Assembly: GCA_964609695.1 (NCBI GenBank)
Contig: CAZSSP010000009.1
Coordinates: 1,522-65,521 of the forward strand
Reading direction: 5' to 3'
DNA from: an uncultured Bacteriovoracaceae bacterium
GTDB lineage: Bacteria > Bdellovibrionota > UBA2428
Length of the DNA stretch: 64,000 nt
The position numbers and the translations under genes were made by a program. Below the pieces are notes generated by a model. That model was not told the origin of the DNA. It did no database searches and was given only the letters and a program-made list of their open reading frames with translations. Position 1 is the first letter of the stretch, and each line of letters starts with the position of its first letter. This document shows, in pieces, positions 36,268 to 45,481 of the stretch.

Positions 36268-37980
36268 TTGAAAGAGAAATTGTATTCAAAGAAATTTAAA
36301 AAATATTTTTTTTTAATTCTTTGTTTGGGACTTTCTGATCTAAGCCTTGCTCAAAACAATAACTATTATAAACTCGATCAAATTCCCTCGACCATCCGCA
36401 AAGCCGTAGCTCCTTCAGCCATTTTAAAAAGCAATAGTTTAAATGTCACTCTAGATCGCAAAACTAGCGGACAAATAAAACTCTTAGCTCAACTTGAAAG
36501 TTTCGGTGACTTTAAAATCTACGAGGAGTCCGTCCACTTTGAAAGTTTACCCGACGAAGCTTTAGGTGGAAGCTCTTGGAAAGTCACGGTTCTCAGCAAG
36601 CCTGAAAGATTGGATTTTTTAGACCCGATTAGTAAAAAAATTAAACACGGATATCAAGGACAAGCTGCGTTTGAACTTTTACTCGAAATTCCTCAAAGCA
36701 TTAACGGTGTTCTTCCAAGCAATCATAGCATCCCACTCATTGTTTCTTTCCAAGCTTGCTCCACGGAACTTTGTTTATTGCCAGCACGAGTTCTCATACC
36801 TGTTGGAACTCAAATTACCCAAAGCCCAACGACAAAACCACCCGCCAGTTTAAGTGCGAGACTCAGCCAAATGCTAAAAGATTCACTCAACGGTGGAAAA
36901 TGGTCGCTCAGTGTAATTTTAATTTTATTTCTAGCCGGAGTTATCACCAGCCTCACTCCTTGCGTGTATCCACTCTATCCAATCACCTTAGGAATTTTTT
37001 CACGCTGGACTAAAGCTAGCCACGTTTCTCCATTTTGGCTCGCTAATTCTTACTCACTTGGACTGACATTGAGCTATGCCTTATTTGGTTTGGTCACTGT
37101 GGCTACGGGCACACTTTTTGGTTCCCTCACACAAAGACCCGAATATCTCATTGCCATGGGAATTTTATTTTTAGTGGCTGCTGTAATGTTTTCTGGAGTC
37201 ATTCAACTTCAGGCTCCGCTGGCTCTTCAAAATTTTATAGCGAAATTTAGCTTCATCAAAGAAGGTCAGCCATCCTCTAAATTGGCCTATATAGCTCAAT
37301 CGTTTTTCATGGGACTCACTCTTGGTATCCTAGCAGCTCCATGCGTTGGCCCGGTCCTTGTGGCCCTTCTGGGCTGGTTGAGCACCAGCTTTGTTCATGG
37401 ACATAAAGATTATCTCCATGGATTTCTTTTATTGAGTCTTTTTGGAATAGGAATGAGCACTCCTTTTATGATTATGGGGCATTTTGTTCTAAAAATGCAC
37501 AAGAAAGTTCAACTAGGCCCCTACACCTCCATTATAAAAAATATTGGAACTCTATTGTTTGTTGTGGCTTCTCTGGCCTTTCTCATTCCTGGCGTTCGAC
37601 TTCTAAAGCCAACTGAAAGCGTCATCGCTTTAAATTATGAAGTTTTCTCCTATGAAAATCGTCCTAAAAATTCCTGGAAAGTTTTAGATTTTCGAGCTGA
37701 TTGGTGCACGGCTTGTTTACAATTGGAGCGTGAAACTTTTTCTGACTCAAAAGTTAGTGAATTATTTAAAAATAAACAATGGGCCTATGTCCAAATTGAT
37801 TTGAGCACTCCCAATCCCGATAAAGAAAAAATCACTCGATCCCTAAATGTACTGAGCCTTCCCTCTGTTCTCTTCGAAGCGCCAGATGGAAAGATTTGCG
37901 CCTCTCACACTCTAAATGAATTCGAAGACCCTAACGCTTTTGTACTTCGCTTAGAAAAAGCAAAATCCGACTGCAGATAG
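36268..37980 (+). CDS. dsbD: thiol:disulfide interchange protein DsbD-like (CcdA-type membrane core + C-terminal thioredoxin domain)
   Basis: 570 aa. The membrane core has the TPCVYPLYP and AAPCVGPVL cysteine motifs, and the C-terminal thioredoxin fold has WCTAC. The start is TTG. Confidence 0.8.
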   Translation: MKEKLYSKKFKKYFFLILCLGLSDLSLAQNNNYYKLDQIPSTIRKAVAPSAILKSNSLNVTLDRKTSGQIKLLAQLESFGDFKIYEESVHFESLPDEALGGSSWKVTVLSKPERLDFLDPISKKIKHGYQGQAAFELLLEIPQSINGVLPSNHSIPLIVSFQACSTELCLLPARVLIPVGTQITQSPTTKPPASLSARLSQMLKDSLNGGKWSLSVILILFLAGVITSLTPCVYPLYPITLGIFSRWTKASHVSPFWLANSYSLGLTLSYALFGLVTVATGTLFGSLTQRPEYLIAMGILFLVAAVMFSGVIQLQAPLALQNFIAKFSFIKEGQPSSKLAYIAQSFFMGLTLGILAAPCVGPVLVALLGWLSTSFVHGHKDYLHGFLLLSLFGIGMSTPFMIMGHFVLKMHKKVQLGPYTSIIKNIGTLLFVVASLAFLIPGVRLLKPTESVIALNYEVFSYENRPKNSWKVLDFRADWCTACLQLERETFSDSKVSELFKNKQWAYVQIDLSTPNPDKEKITRSLNVLSLPSVLFEAPDGKICASHTLNEFEDPNAFVLRLEKAKSDCR

Positions 37981-38034
37981 AGATTGCCTCCATTATTCAT
38001 TTTCACCCTGATTTTTCAATTGTGCGTGAAGAAA

Positions 38035-38637
38035 TTAGAGGACGCTGTCTAAATGAAAAAGCAACATTAGAGATTTGAGATATTCAGTGGCAAAAACCTG
38101 CCAACCCGTAAGGCTCTCCCACCATAAATCATCAGGAAAATTTGGACTCTCCACACAAGCAAAATACAATTCAACTTTACGCTCAGGCCAACGAGCCAAT
38201 TCCTTTTGAAGCAAACGATACAGACGAGGCATATGATAACTTGATGTCACCAACATGACTGAATCGTAATCATTCTTAACTATGAGGCTTTTAATTTCTT
38301 TAACATTCTCAATAGTGGAACGAGCCAAATTTCCTAAAAAAATATTCTTTCGATAATTAGGAGGAAGCGTTTCCACACCGTTACTGCTGAAAATACTTTC
38401 TAAGCTTGAGCCAGGACTCACTCCCGAAATCAACAAATGATGAGCCGAACCTTCAACGAAAAGATCTACCGCTCGCTTGATGCGACCTTGCCCACCCGTG
38501 ACCACAGCCAGTAAGTCAACAGCCTTATTTGGCAATCTATCATGAGCAAAGGAAGGCAAAGCTTTCGAAAAGCGCCACATATCCCACCCTAAAAATGCAA
38601 TCAAAATAAATAGCGCCGTTGAAAGTAAATATCGCAT
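38035..38637 (-). CDS. DUF218 (YdcF/ElyC/SanA-like) domain protein
   Basis: 200 aa with an N-terminal TM helix. The LLAVVTGGQGRI...LISG...TSSYHMPR pattern is typical of DUF218. Confidence 0.7.
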   Translation of the reverse strand: MRYLLSTALFILIAFLGWDMWRFSKALPSFAHDRLPNKAVDLLAVVTGGQGRIKRAVDLFVEGSAHHLLISGVSPGSSLESIFSSNGVETLPPNYRKNIFLGNLARSTIENVKEIKSLIVKNDYDSVMLVTSSYHMPRLYRLLQKELARWPERKVELYFACVESPNFPDDLWWESLTGWQVFATEYLKSLMLLFHLDSVL

Positions 38638-38646
38638 CTAGGCCTT

Positions 38647-39279
38647 TTACTTTTTAGCAATGGCCTCAATCTCAACCAAAGCACCCTTAGGCAATGCCGA
38701 CACTTCCACAGTAGAACGCGCGGGAAATTTCTTTGAAGCTTTTGAAAAATGCGCCTCATAAACTTCATTCATAATTGGAAATTGAGAAAGATCTTTCATA
38801 AACACAGTCGTCTTCACTACATCAGCCAAACTAAGATCAGCAGCCTCAAGTACAGCCGCTAAATTTTTGAGGACTTGCTCTGTTTGACCTTTAACATCGC
38901 TTGCAGCAAATTCCATAGTTTGAGGATTGAGCGGTATTTGGCCGGAGCAAAACACCCATTCACCAGTGTCTACCGCCTGGGAATAGGGACCAATGGCTTT
39001 TGGAGCCGAAGAAGTTTGAATGATATTCTTTTCCATAGATCGAGTCTCCTTCTTAGAAGTACCGTTAACGGGTTTTAACGAAACTTCTGATTGAATTTGA
39101 AATTTATAACTTTCAAAAAAATTTACGACACTTTCCTTAAAAAAATCTTTAGGAATTTGAACCGCTGAAAGCGTTTTATTAACCTTATCTTCGGCAGACA
39201 AATAAGCTTCAGCTCCTATACTGACAGCTTTCTTTAAAAGGTCATTAAAGACCTTTTTCTTGTCGTCACTATCGTTCAT
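38647..39279 (-). CDS. ridA: RidA/YjgF family deaminase with an N-terminal extension of about 85 aa
   Basis: The C-terminal 125 aa have APKAIGPYSQAV...GQIP...ARSTVEVSALPKGALVEIE. The N-terminal extension is of unknown family. The start overlaps the upstream gene (ATGA). Confidence 0.8.
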   Translation of the reverse strand: MNDSDDKKKVFNDLLKKAVSIGAEAYLSAEDKVNKTLSAVQIPKDFFKESVVNFFESYKFQIQSEVSLKPVNGTSKKETRSMEKNIIQTSSAPKAIGPYSQAVDTGEWVFCSGQIPLNPQTMEFAASDVKGQTEQVLKNLAAVLEAADLSLADVVKTTVFMKDLSQFPIMNEVYEAHFSKASKKFPARSTVEVSALPKGALVEIEAIAKK

Positions 39280-39722
39280 TTTTTTCTCCGACGAGTTTCT
39301 TCATAAAAATCTTTAACAGCCCCAGGCAAACTTTTTTGAACTAGGCCCTTAAGAATAAATCCGGGTACTGTAAAATTAAAATCAACTTCAAGCTTGTAAA
39401 TGACTTCTGTTTTACTATTTCCAAGCGACTTCAAAAGCCAACGGCCGTTATTTTTTTTAAAAAGCGATCCAGAATGCAACGACCACTCCACTTGAGCTTG
39501 TTTATTTTCAGCATCCTTGGTGTGTTTGACTGATATCACGTAATCAATACGCTTAACCATTTCAAGTTCCATACCTACAATGAGAGCATCCCCTTCTCGA
39601 GAATTAATCCGAGAGCTTTTAACTCCACTGGCGAATCTGGGATAAGACTCGAAATCCAAAATGGTATTATAGAGATCCTCTAAAGACACATCGAGGACTT
39701 CACGGTGTTCAGCTTCAGCCAT
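39276..39722 (-). CDS. SRPBCC-superfamily (START/RatA/polyketide cyclase-like) protein
   Basis: The size and pattern (YPRF...W.L.......T.V.Y.L..DF) fit SRPBCC proteins. I start at ATG 39722 after AAGGAG, not at the ORF-track start 39767. Confidence 0.65.
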   Translation of the reverse strand: MAEAEHREVLDVSLEDLYNTILDFESYPRFASGVKSSRINSREGDALIVGMELEMVKRIDYVISVKHTKDAENKQAQVEWSLHSGSLFKKNNGRWLLKSLGNSKTEVIYKLEVDFNFTVPGFILKGLVQKSLPGAVKDFYEETRRRKK

Positions 39723-40371
39723 TTTTGCTCCTTTTACCTGAAACATGATAGTGGAAATAAAGCTCATTGCCGACCCTCTTAAGACTTTTAAGTCTTAAGG
39801 GAAGCCATTTTTTTAAGCCGACTCCATCAATCAATGTTGGATTTGCGCTTCCGCCTATTAACCAAGGCGTTAAAGTCACATAAAGTTCATTTAAACAATT
39901 GGCTTCTGCAAATGAAGCCATGAGATCGCCTCCGCCCTCTACCAATACATTATTCAAATTGCATTGGGCCAATACTTTAAGCAGCTTAGGTATTTCGACT
40001 TTAGACTCCCCCGCAATCACCACAAAAGCTCGATCCTTAGACGATTCCAAGGCGTTTCTATATCCTTTTTGAGTGGTAAACACATATCGAATGACTTTGT
40101 TGTCATTCCAAAAAGGAATATTTTTTGGAAGTTTCCCCGATGATGTTACAACAGCATTAACGAGCTCTGAAAACGAAGACTTGCCTTTAGTTTTTTTTGC
40201 TGGCTTCTTCATTGTTTCAAGAGTCTTAGAGCCGACTATGACAACATCGGCACGATTTCTTATTTTTTGCATCATTCTTCGATCATAAGGGGTTCCTAAA
40301 GATCGAGAAGGAAAACTTCGATCAGCAATTTTTCCATCAAGAGAAATAGCTAAATTTGAAAAAATTATCAA
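39715..40371 (-). CDS. RibD C-terminal domain / dihydrofolate-reductase-like reductase
   Basis: 218 aa. MIIFSNLAISLDGKIA, VIVGSKT and VEGGG...L.DEL-type blocks match RibD_C. Confidence 0.7.
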   Translation of the reverse strand: MIIFSNLAISLDGKIADRSFPSRSLGTPYDRRMMQKIRNRADVVIVGSKTLETMKKPAKKTKGKSSFSELVNAVVTSSGKLPKNIPFWNDNKVIRYVFTTQKGYRNALESSKDRAFVVIAGESKVEIPKLLKVLAQCNLNNVLVEGGGDLMASFAEANCLNELYVTLTPWLIGGSANPTLIDGVGLKKWLPLRLKSLKRVGNELYFHYHVSGKRSKNG

Positions 40372-41837
40372 AAAACGCCTCCGCTACGTTTAAGTCCCAT
40401 TTCAATCGCTTTTTCTGTATTGAAACCAAACCTAAACGAAACTCCACTCACGTCGCGGCCCAACCAGCGAGCCGATCGAGAGACCATATAAGAATCCATA
40501 ATCACTTTAAGCGCCTTTTTATGACTCGGTAGTTCCAAACGACAATGCTCTGTACCTGCATCAATCAGTTTAGCTCCAGCTATAATCAAATCGGAGCCAT
40601 AGTCAGCGCCATCTTCATCCTTTTTTCTAAGCGAGGCTTGGCAAATACTTTTCTCAAGACTGTCTTTTGACCAATCTAAGCCCATCACATCATTATTATA
40701 AGGTGCTGCTAAAGTTAGCTCTTCCCATGTAATGCTTCCCGTATTTAAACTGGACTTCACAGCTCCCCTATTCACAATCGCCACATCACCCTTACTCGCA
40801 TAAAGATAACTTTGCGCCAACCATAGTGCTAATTTATCTGGGCTCATCTCTTGAGAAACATTAGCGACAACCTCGCGAGCTTTGGGAGAATATTTAGCAT
40901 ATAAGGAATTAATTTTAGTTTGAGTTTCAGAGTCTTCCTCGACAGAAGAATTCAATGCGATGAGATCTACAGATTTAGTTTGAAGAATTTTTCCACTCGC
41001 ATCAGCTCCTATGACTAATTTTGTAACCGTCTCACCAAAAGCTGCAGAGTCATAAAGAGGCGCGCAGAAATTTGCGAATTGCGCTTTGTGATCGTCTCCA
41101 GAAAGAAAGGCTAAGTTTTTATTTGGAATATTTTCACACGCACTTGTCGCAAAAATTTGATCTTGGCTCCAAGGCAAATGATTGATCCACAACAAGGGAG
41201 CTTTAGCGGCTAAACGTTTCCATTCTGCCCAATTGGAAGATGTTGGATTTCCTGTAAATTTAAAAGCATTTTTCTTGGCCGCAGCATCATCCCAAAATGG
41301 CGTGCGCGTCCAAGAGAGCAACCAAAATTCTAATCCAGATTTTGCACCCTTAAAAAGCACATGATTATTCCAAGCTTGCGAAGAAAGGCCTTTGACGTTT
41401 TCATTAAACCAAGTCACTCCCGACTCTTTAACTAATTTGTTGAGCTCCTGGCCTCCTCTATAAAGTTCATTGTTTCCTAATGCCGAATAATCCAATCCAA
41501 TTTCATGGAGTAATTGAACACAAGCAATGTCTTTTGTGGCCTTGCATGCAGAACTTCCTTTTTCAACTAAATCTCCGCTCGCAACAACCACAATATCTGT
41601 TCGACCGCCCGCCGCAGCTCTTTCCTTTTTAATAATAGTAGCTATTTTTGCTAATCCGCCCAATGCGTCTTTAGAGGGCAAAAGGTGACTATGAAAATCA
41701 CTAAAGTGAAGCAGTACGACCTGTGGATCGCCTTTTCTTAGACTTGTTCCTCCAGATTTTCCTAATTCTGTACTACTGCATGAAATAAAAAATATAAAAA
41801 GAAGTCCAATATAGTGTCGCCAAAGCATAGTAAACAC
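40368..41837 (-). CDS. lipoprotein, metallophosphoesterase / 5'-nucleotidase family
   Basis: It has a lipobox (FIFFISC), the calcineurin-like motifs LLHFSDFHSH, SGD and GNNE, and a C-terminal 5'-nucleotidase-like half. Confidence 0.7.
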   Translation of the reverse strand: MFTMLWRHYIGLLFIFFISCSSTELGKSGGTSLRKGDPQVVLLHFSDFHSHLLPSKDALGGLAKIATIIKKERAAAGGRTDIVVVASGDLVEKGSSACKATKDIACVQLLHEIGLDYSALGNNELYRGGQELNKLVKESGVTWFNENVKGLSSQAWNNHVLFKGAKSGLEFWLLSWTRTPFWDDAAAKKNAFKFTGNPTSSNWAEWKRLAAKAPLLWINHLPWSQDQIFATSACENIPNKNLAFLSGDDHKAQFANFCAPLYDSAAFGETVTKLVIGADASGKILQTKSVDLIALNSSVEEDSETQTKINSLYAKYSPKAREVVANVSQEMSPDKLALWLAQSYLYASKGDVAIVNRGAVKSSLNTGSITWEELTLAAPYNNDVMGLDWSKDSLEKSICQASLRKKDEDGADYGSDLIIAGAKLIDAGTEHCRLELPSHKKALKVIMDSYMVSRSARWLGRDVSGVSFRFGFNTEKAIEMGLKRSGGVF

Positions 41838-41855
41838 CCTATCATAAAAGTGGGC

Positions 41856-42407
41856 ATGAAAAACCTCCCCAACGCACTCACTCTTTTACGCATCGCGATT
41901 CTTCCTTTTTTCGCTTTAGCTATTATTAATAATTATCATTTCACATCTGTAGGCTTCCTCATTATTGCCGGAATCACAGATTACCTTGATGGTTATTTAG
42001 CTCGATCCCAAAAACAAGAAAGTAATTTTGGCAAACTCATGGACCCTGTAGCCGATAAACTTGTGCTCTGTATTTCATTAATATTCTTAGTGTCCAATCC
42101 CTTTTTTAATTTTAGCCCTTGGCTTGCGAGTCTTCTATTAGCGCGTGAATTTCTCATAACAGGTATTAGAGCGCTTATTGCTGCTCATGGTTTTATTATG
42201 GGCGCACAATGGCTCGGCAAATTAAAAACAACATTTCAATTTTTAGGATTAGGATTTTTATTCTTTGGAGCTGGGCTCAACAACAACCCAGGAGAATGGC
42301 TCATGAGTAGCGGAGTCTTTATGATTTGGCTCTCTGCACTTTTGAGTTACATAAGCCTTTTCCTTTATTCGAAAAAGGCTTACTTTTTATTATCTACTGA
42401 AAGTTAA
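41856..42407 (+). CDS. pgsA: CDP-diacylglycerol--glycerol-3-phosphate 3-phosphatidyltransferase
   Basis: It carries the CDP-alcohol phosphatidyltransferase motif DGYLAR...GKLMDPVADK. The start is ATG 41856 (MKNLPNALTLLRI). Confidence 0.85.
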   Translation: MKNLPNALTLLRIAILPFFALAIINNYHFTSVGFLIIAGITDYLDGYLARSQKQESNFGKLMDPVADKLVLCISLIFLVSNPFFNFSPWLASLLLAREFLITGIRALIAAHGFIMGAQWLGKLKTTFQFLGLGFLFFGAGLNNNPGEWLMSSGVFMIWLSALLSYISLFLYSKKAYFLLSTES

Positions 42408-44083
42408 TTCGCATTCGGAACCTCTTGTGCTTGCAGAAAATTAGCCGTAGTTTGTGAGGGTTTGATTTGTTTATAAGCATTATCACCCCAACAATAAACT
42501 TTTAGAGTTGTATCCTCAGCTGCACCTTGAGAGGGTTGAAAATAAGCTTTACCGCAAACAGTAGCTCCACCACCAGTAATATCTGAAAAGACTAGGTAAC
42601 CCTCCTGATTATTCGCATTTTTAGTATCTACAATTTGATCTGCCGTAAGATATTTTGCCGCTGGAGTGCAAGAAGTGCCCGTTTGAGTGCAGCGTCCGTT
42701 TTGGGATTGATCATTATAACCCCAGCAAAATGCCGCTCGGGTATTTCTATCTAAAGAACAACTACTATGCTTTGTAGAAGCTATTTTTTTAATAAAAGGG
42801 CGAGCAGAATATCCAGACGTTTGAACACCTGTGGGGTCTGGACTCAAAACAGGCTTATCAGCACGCGGCATATCGATCATTCCTGTCGATATGGTCGAAC
42901 CCGTAGCACCCAAGTCAGCACGTCCCCAACAAAAGATTTTTCTATCTTCCATCAATGCACATGAGTTGCTATCTGATGCAGCAACACTCCAAGCTTTATA
43001 ACTTGACGAAGTTGTAGAATTTGTTGGCATAGAAACTTGCTTAGGCCAAGGAGTATACGAAGTTCCTGCACCACTCGTGTTTAAGCCAGTCATATTATAT
43101 TCATTATGACCCCAACAAAATAACCCGAGACTGTCAGCATCTTCAATCGCGCACACATGCACGTTACCAACCGCAAGATGAATGGCACGTAAAGTTCTCG
43201 TAGTACCATTAATCAAACGAGCCGAGGCTACATAATATGGAAAATTTGAATCTGTGGTTTTGTGATTGGCATTAGTATCAGTTGTTTGGCCATCTTTTAG
43301 CCCAAGTCCAAGAGTCCTATTGGCATTATAACCCCAACACATGACTCTTTTGTCAGTCATAATGGCGCAAGCAGAAGCACCACCTGCATCAACATAAGCC
43401 ACATTCGAAAGCACTGGCACAGGAATATTTTGGTTGGCATTCGTACCATTACCAATAGCGCCAAACGCACCTCGACCCCAACAATAGACTTGGTTTCTAT
43501 TAGTCAAAACACAAGTGTTAAAATCGCCCGCAGTTATATGTATATATTTTATAGGATTAGAACTAGAACTCGCAGGTTCGCTTGTTTGAACAACCGTTCT
43601 ATCATCCACTCTCACAATTGTAGATGTAGGAGCAGAATCAGTGCCCAATAAATAAGGATAGGTCGTTGAATAAGTTCCCCAACAATTAATAGACAATTGA
43701 TCATTTGAAATCGCGCACACGTGTTGCTCGCCCACGGCTACACTTGAAAGATAATCATTTCGAAAAGCCAAGGGATCAACCACCGCTCCACCACCAGAGC
43801 CACCACCGCCTGAACCACCACCCGAATTATTATTGGTGTTTGAATTACCACCAGGCCCAACAGCATTATCATTACTATTATTTATATTATTGCTATTTCC
43901 CGAATTGCTATTTCCTGAATTGTTATTTCCAGTAGTCGATCCACCACCATTAGAACCTAGCGAAGAACCGCTGCCCCCTGAAGAGCCCCTAGTCCCAGTA
44001 CTCGCACCACCAGTGCAGCTCTGAAGAAGTATTAATGATAAATATAAAAATGCCAAATACATCACGTTCTTCATAACTTTCAT
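42404..44083 (-). CDS. RCC1-repeat (beta-propeller) lipoprotein with a Gly/Ser/Asn low-complexity linker
   Basis: It has a lipobox LLQSC and a linker of about 90 aa rich in G/S/N. Reiterated units of about 50 aa follow, with CWG(x)N...G and C(A/S)(L/I) patterns typical of RCC1 blades. The start at 44083 (or 44074) is chosen for the signal peptide. Confidence 0.75.
   Translation of the reverse strand: MKVMKNVMYLAFLYLSLILLQSCTGGASTGTRGSSGGSGSSLGSNGGGSTTGNNNSGNSNSGNSNNINNSNDNAVGPGGNSNTNNNSGGGSGGGGSGGGAVVDPLAFRNDYLSSVAVGEQHVCAISNDQLSINCWGTYSTTYPYLLGTDSAPTSTIVRVDDRTVVQTSEPASSSSNPIKYIHITAGDFNTCVLTNRNQVYCWGRGAFGAIGNGTNANQNIPVPVLSNVAYVDAGGASACAIMTDKRVMCWGYNANRTLGLGLKDGQTTDTNANHKTTDSNFPYYVASARLINGTTRTLRAIHLAVGNVHVCAIEDADSLGLFCWGHNEYNMTGLNTSGAGTSYTPWPKQVSMPTNSTTSSSYKAWSVAASDSNSCALMEDRKIFCWGRADLGATGSTISTGMIDMPRADKPVLSPDPTGVQTSGYSARPFIKKIASTKHSSCSLDRNTRAAFCWGYNDQSQNGRCTQTGTSCTPAAKYLTADQIVDTKNANNQEGYLVFSDITGGGATVCGKAYFQPSQGAAEDTTLKVYCWGDNAYKQIKPSQTTANFLQAQEVPNAN
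43889..43933. repeat. three tandem 15-bp units inside the RCC1 linker
   Basis: ATTGCTATTTCCCGA, ATTGCTATTTCCTGA and ATTGTTATTTCCAGT are consecutive. They encode the SGNSN reiterations on the minus strand. Confidence 0.85.
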
Positions 44084-44204
44084 TGTAAGAGCCTTTACAT
44101 TTCGAGGGTTTGAAGTTTGCAATAAATCTTCTTTAAGATTCTATAAAGCCAATCGCCGTATAATCTTGAAAGCTTAAATCACATCACATAGTTTGGAAAA
44201 ACTG

Positions 44205-45455
44205 ATGAAAGCGTCCTCTAAAAAACTTTGTCTTATTCTTGTCACAATTTTAAGTTATTCTTTGCAGGCCGCCCTGAATGAACCCAATTTGCCCGATCCC
44301 AGCTTTCAAAATCCCTTCATCTCAACCGTACATGGAGCTGTTATGGCCTATGCGGGAAGAATCAGAAACCTACAAAGCAAATATCAAAATTATCAAAGCC
44401 TTCCTTCAAAGCACTTTGAAATTGGCAGCACAAAAGTGCTTCTCTTTAATCAAAAGACTAAGGCCGATTTAGTCATTGCATTGCCTGGAATTGCCACAAA
44501 GAATTTTTCCCCAATGATGAGTCGCCCCTTGGATTACTTTTCTAACCGAGGGTATCACACGGCCGTAATCAACAATTCCTGGAGCCACACTTATTTAATT
44601 CAAAAGCCCGACCATTGGCCGGGCGATATTGAAGCTGAAGCTGAAGTGATACTCGACCTCATCCCTGAAATTATAAAAAAAATTGGAGCTCAAAACGTTA
44701 AGCATATTCACCTTTATGGTGAATCTTATGGTGGCTTTTTAAGTTCCGTTGTTAAAGGCCTCGATAAAAATAATTTAATCGATGGAAAAATCCTGATGGT
44801 TGGCCCTCCTATTAATTTTAAGAGTGCCGCCAATAATCTCGATCAACTCATCGTTAGAGCTCAAAATTTGCCCGAAACTAAACCAGGAAACTTAGAACTT
44901 TTGGGTATTATGTTTGGATTTTTATGGGAAAATCTTCAAGGTAAAACTCCTAAAGTGAATGAAGATCAAATGCTACAAGTGGTTTCGATAGATGTTTTCT
45001 TAAAACACTTAAAACAAACTCTGAAAGATCTAAAAAATATTGGTGGCCCGAATCTTCCTGATTCGATAAATCTCACAGACCCACGCTATTTTTCCTATAT
45101 AGATTCTGTTTCCAAAAACTTTAGAGTTAAAAACCCTCAAAGTTTTTCTCTTTTTTATTGGCTGAATAAACTGCAAAGCAAAAACGTCGACTTTCAAGTG
45201 ATTAGCGCACAAGATGATTTTCTAAATATCGGAGAAGTTTGGAATTTAGCAAACTCGCAAAATTCAATTTCGATCTTAAGCTGGGGTGGCCATTTAGGAT
45301 TTACTGGATTCAAATGGTGGGAAGAAATTCTAGATAAAAAATTTGGCAGCAGACTTCCTGGTTCAGAGCCTCCAGCCTGCATTGGTTTTGAAGCTCCCAC
45401 ATGGAATGACCCGAAAATGTCTAAAACTTTTCGGGCCCACGACTTTAGTTTTTAA
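44205..45455 (+). CDS. secreted alpha/beta hydrolase (putative esterase/lipase)
   Basis: It has a signal peptide (LCLILVTILSYSLQA) and the nucleophile elbow GESYGG. The family is otherwise unassigned. Confidence 0.55.
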   Translation: MKASSKKLCLILVTILSYSLQAALNEPNLPDPSFQNPFISTVHGAVMAYAGRIRNLQSKYQNYQSLPSKHFEIGSTKVLLFNQKTKADLVIALPGIATKNFSPMMSRPLDYFSNRGYHTAVINNSWSHTYLIQKPDHWPGDIEAEAEVILDLIPEIIKKIGAQNVKHIHLYGESYGGFLSSVVKGLDKNNLIDGKILMVGPPINFKSAANNLDQLIVRAQNLPETKPGNLELLGIMFGFLWENLQGKTPKVNEDQMLQVVSIDVFLKHLKQTLKDLKNIGGPNLPDSINLTDPRYFSYIDSVSKNFRVKNPQSFSLFYWLNKLQSKNVDFQVISAQDDFLNIGEVWNLANSQNSISILSWGGHLGFTGFKWWEEILDKKFGSRLPGSEPPACIGFEAPTWNDPKMSKTFRAHDFSF

Positions 45456-45481
45456 ACGAGATCCATTTTATTCGTCTGAAA

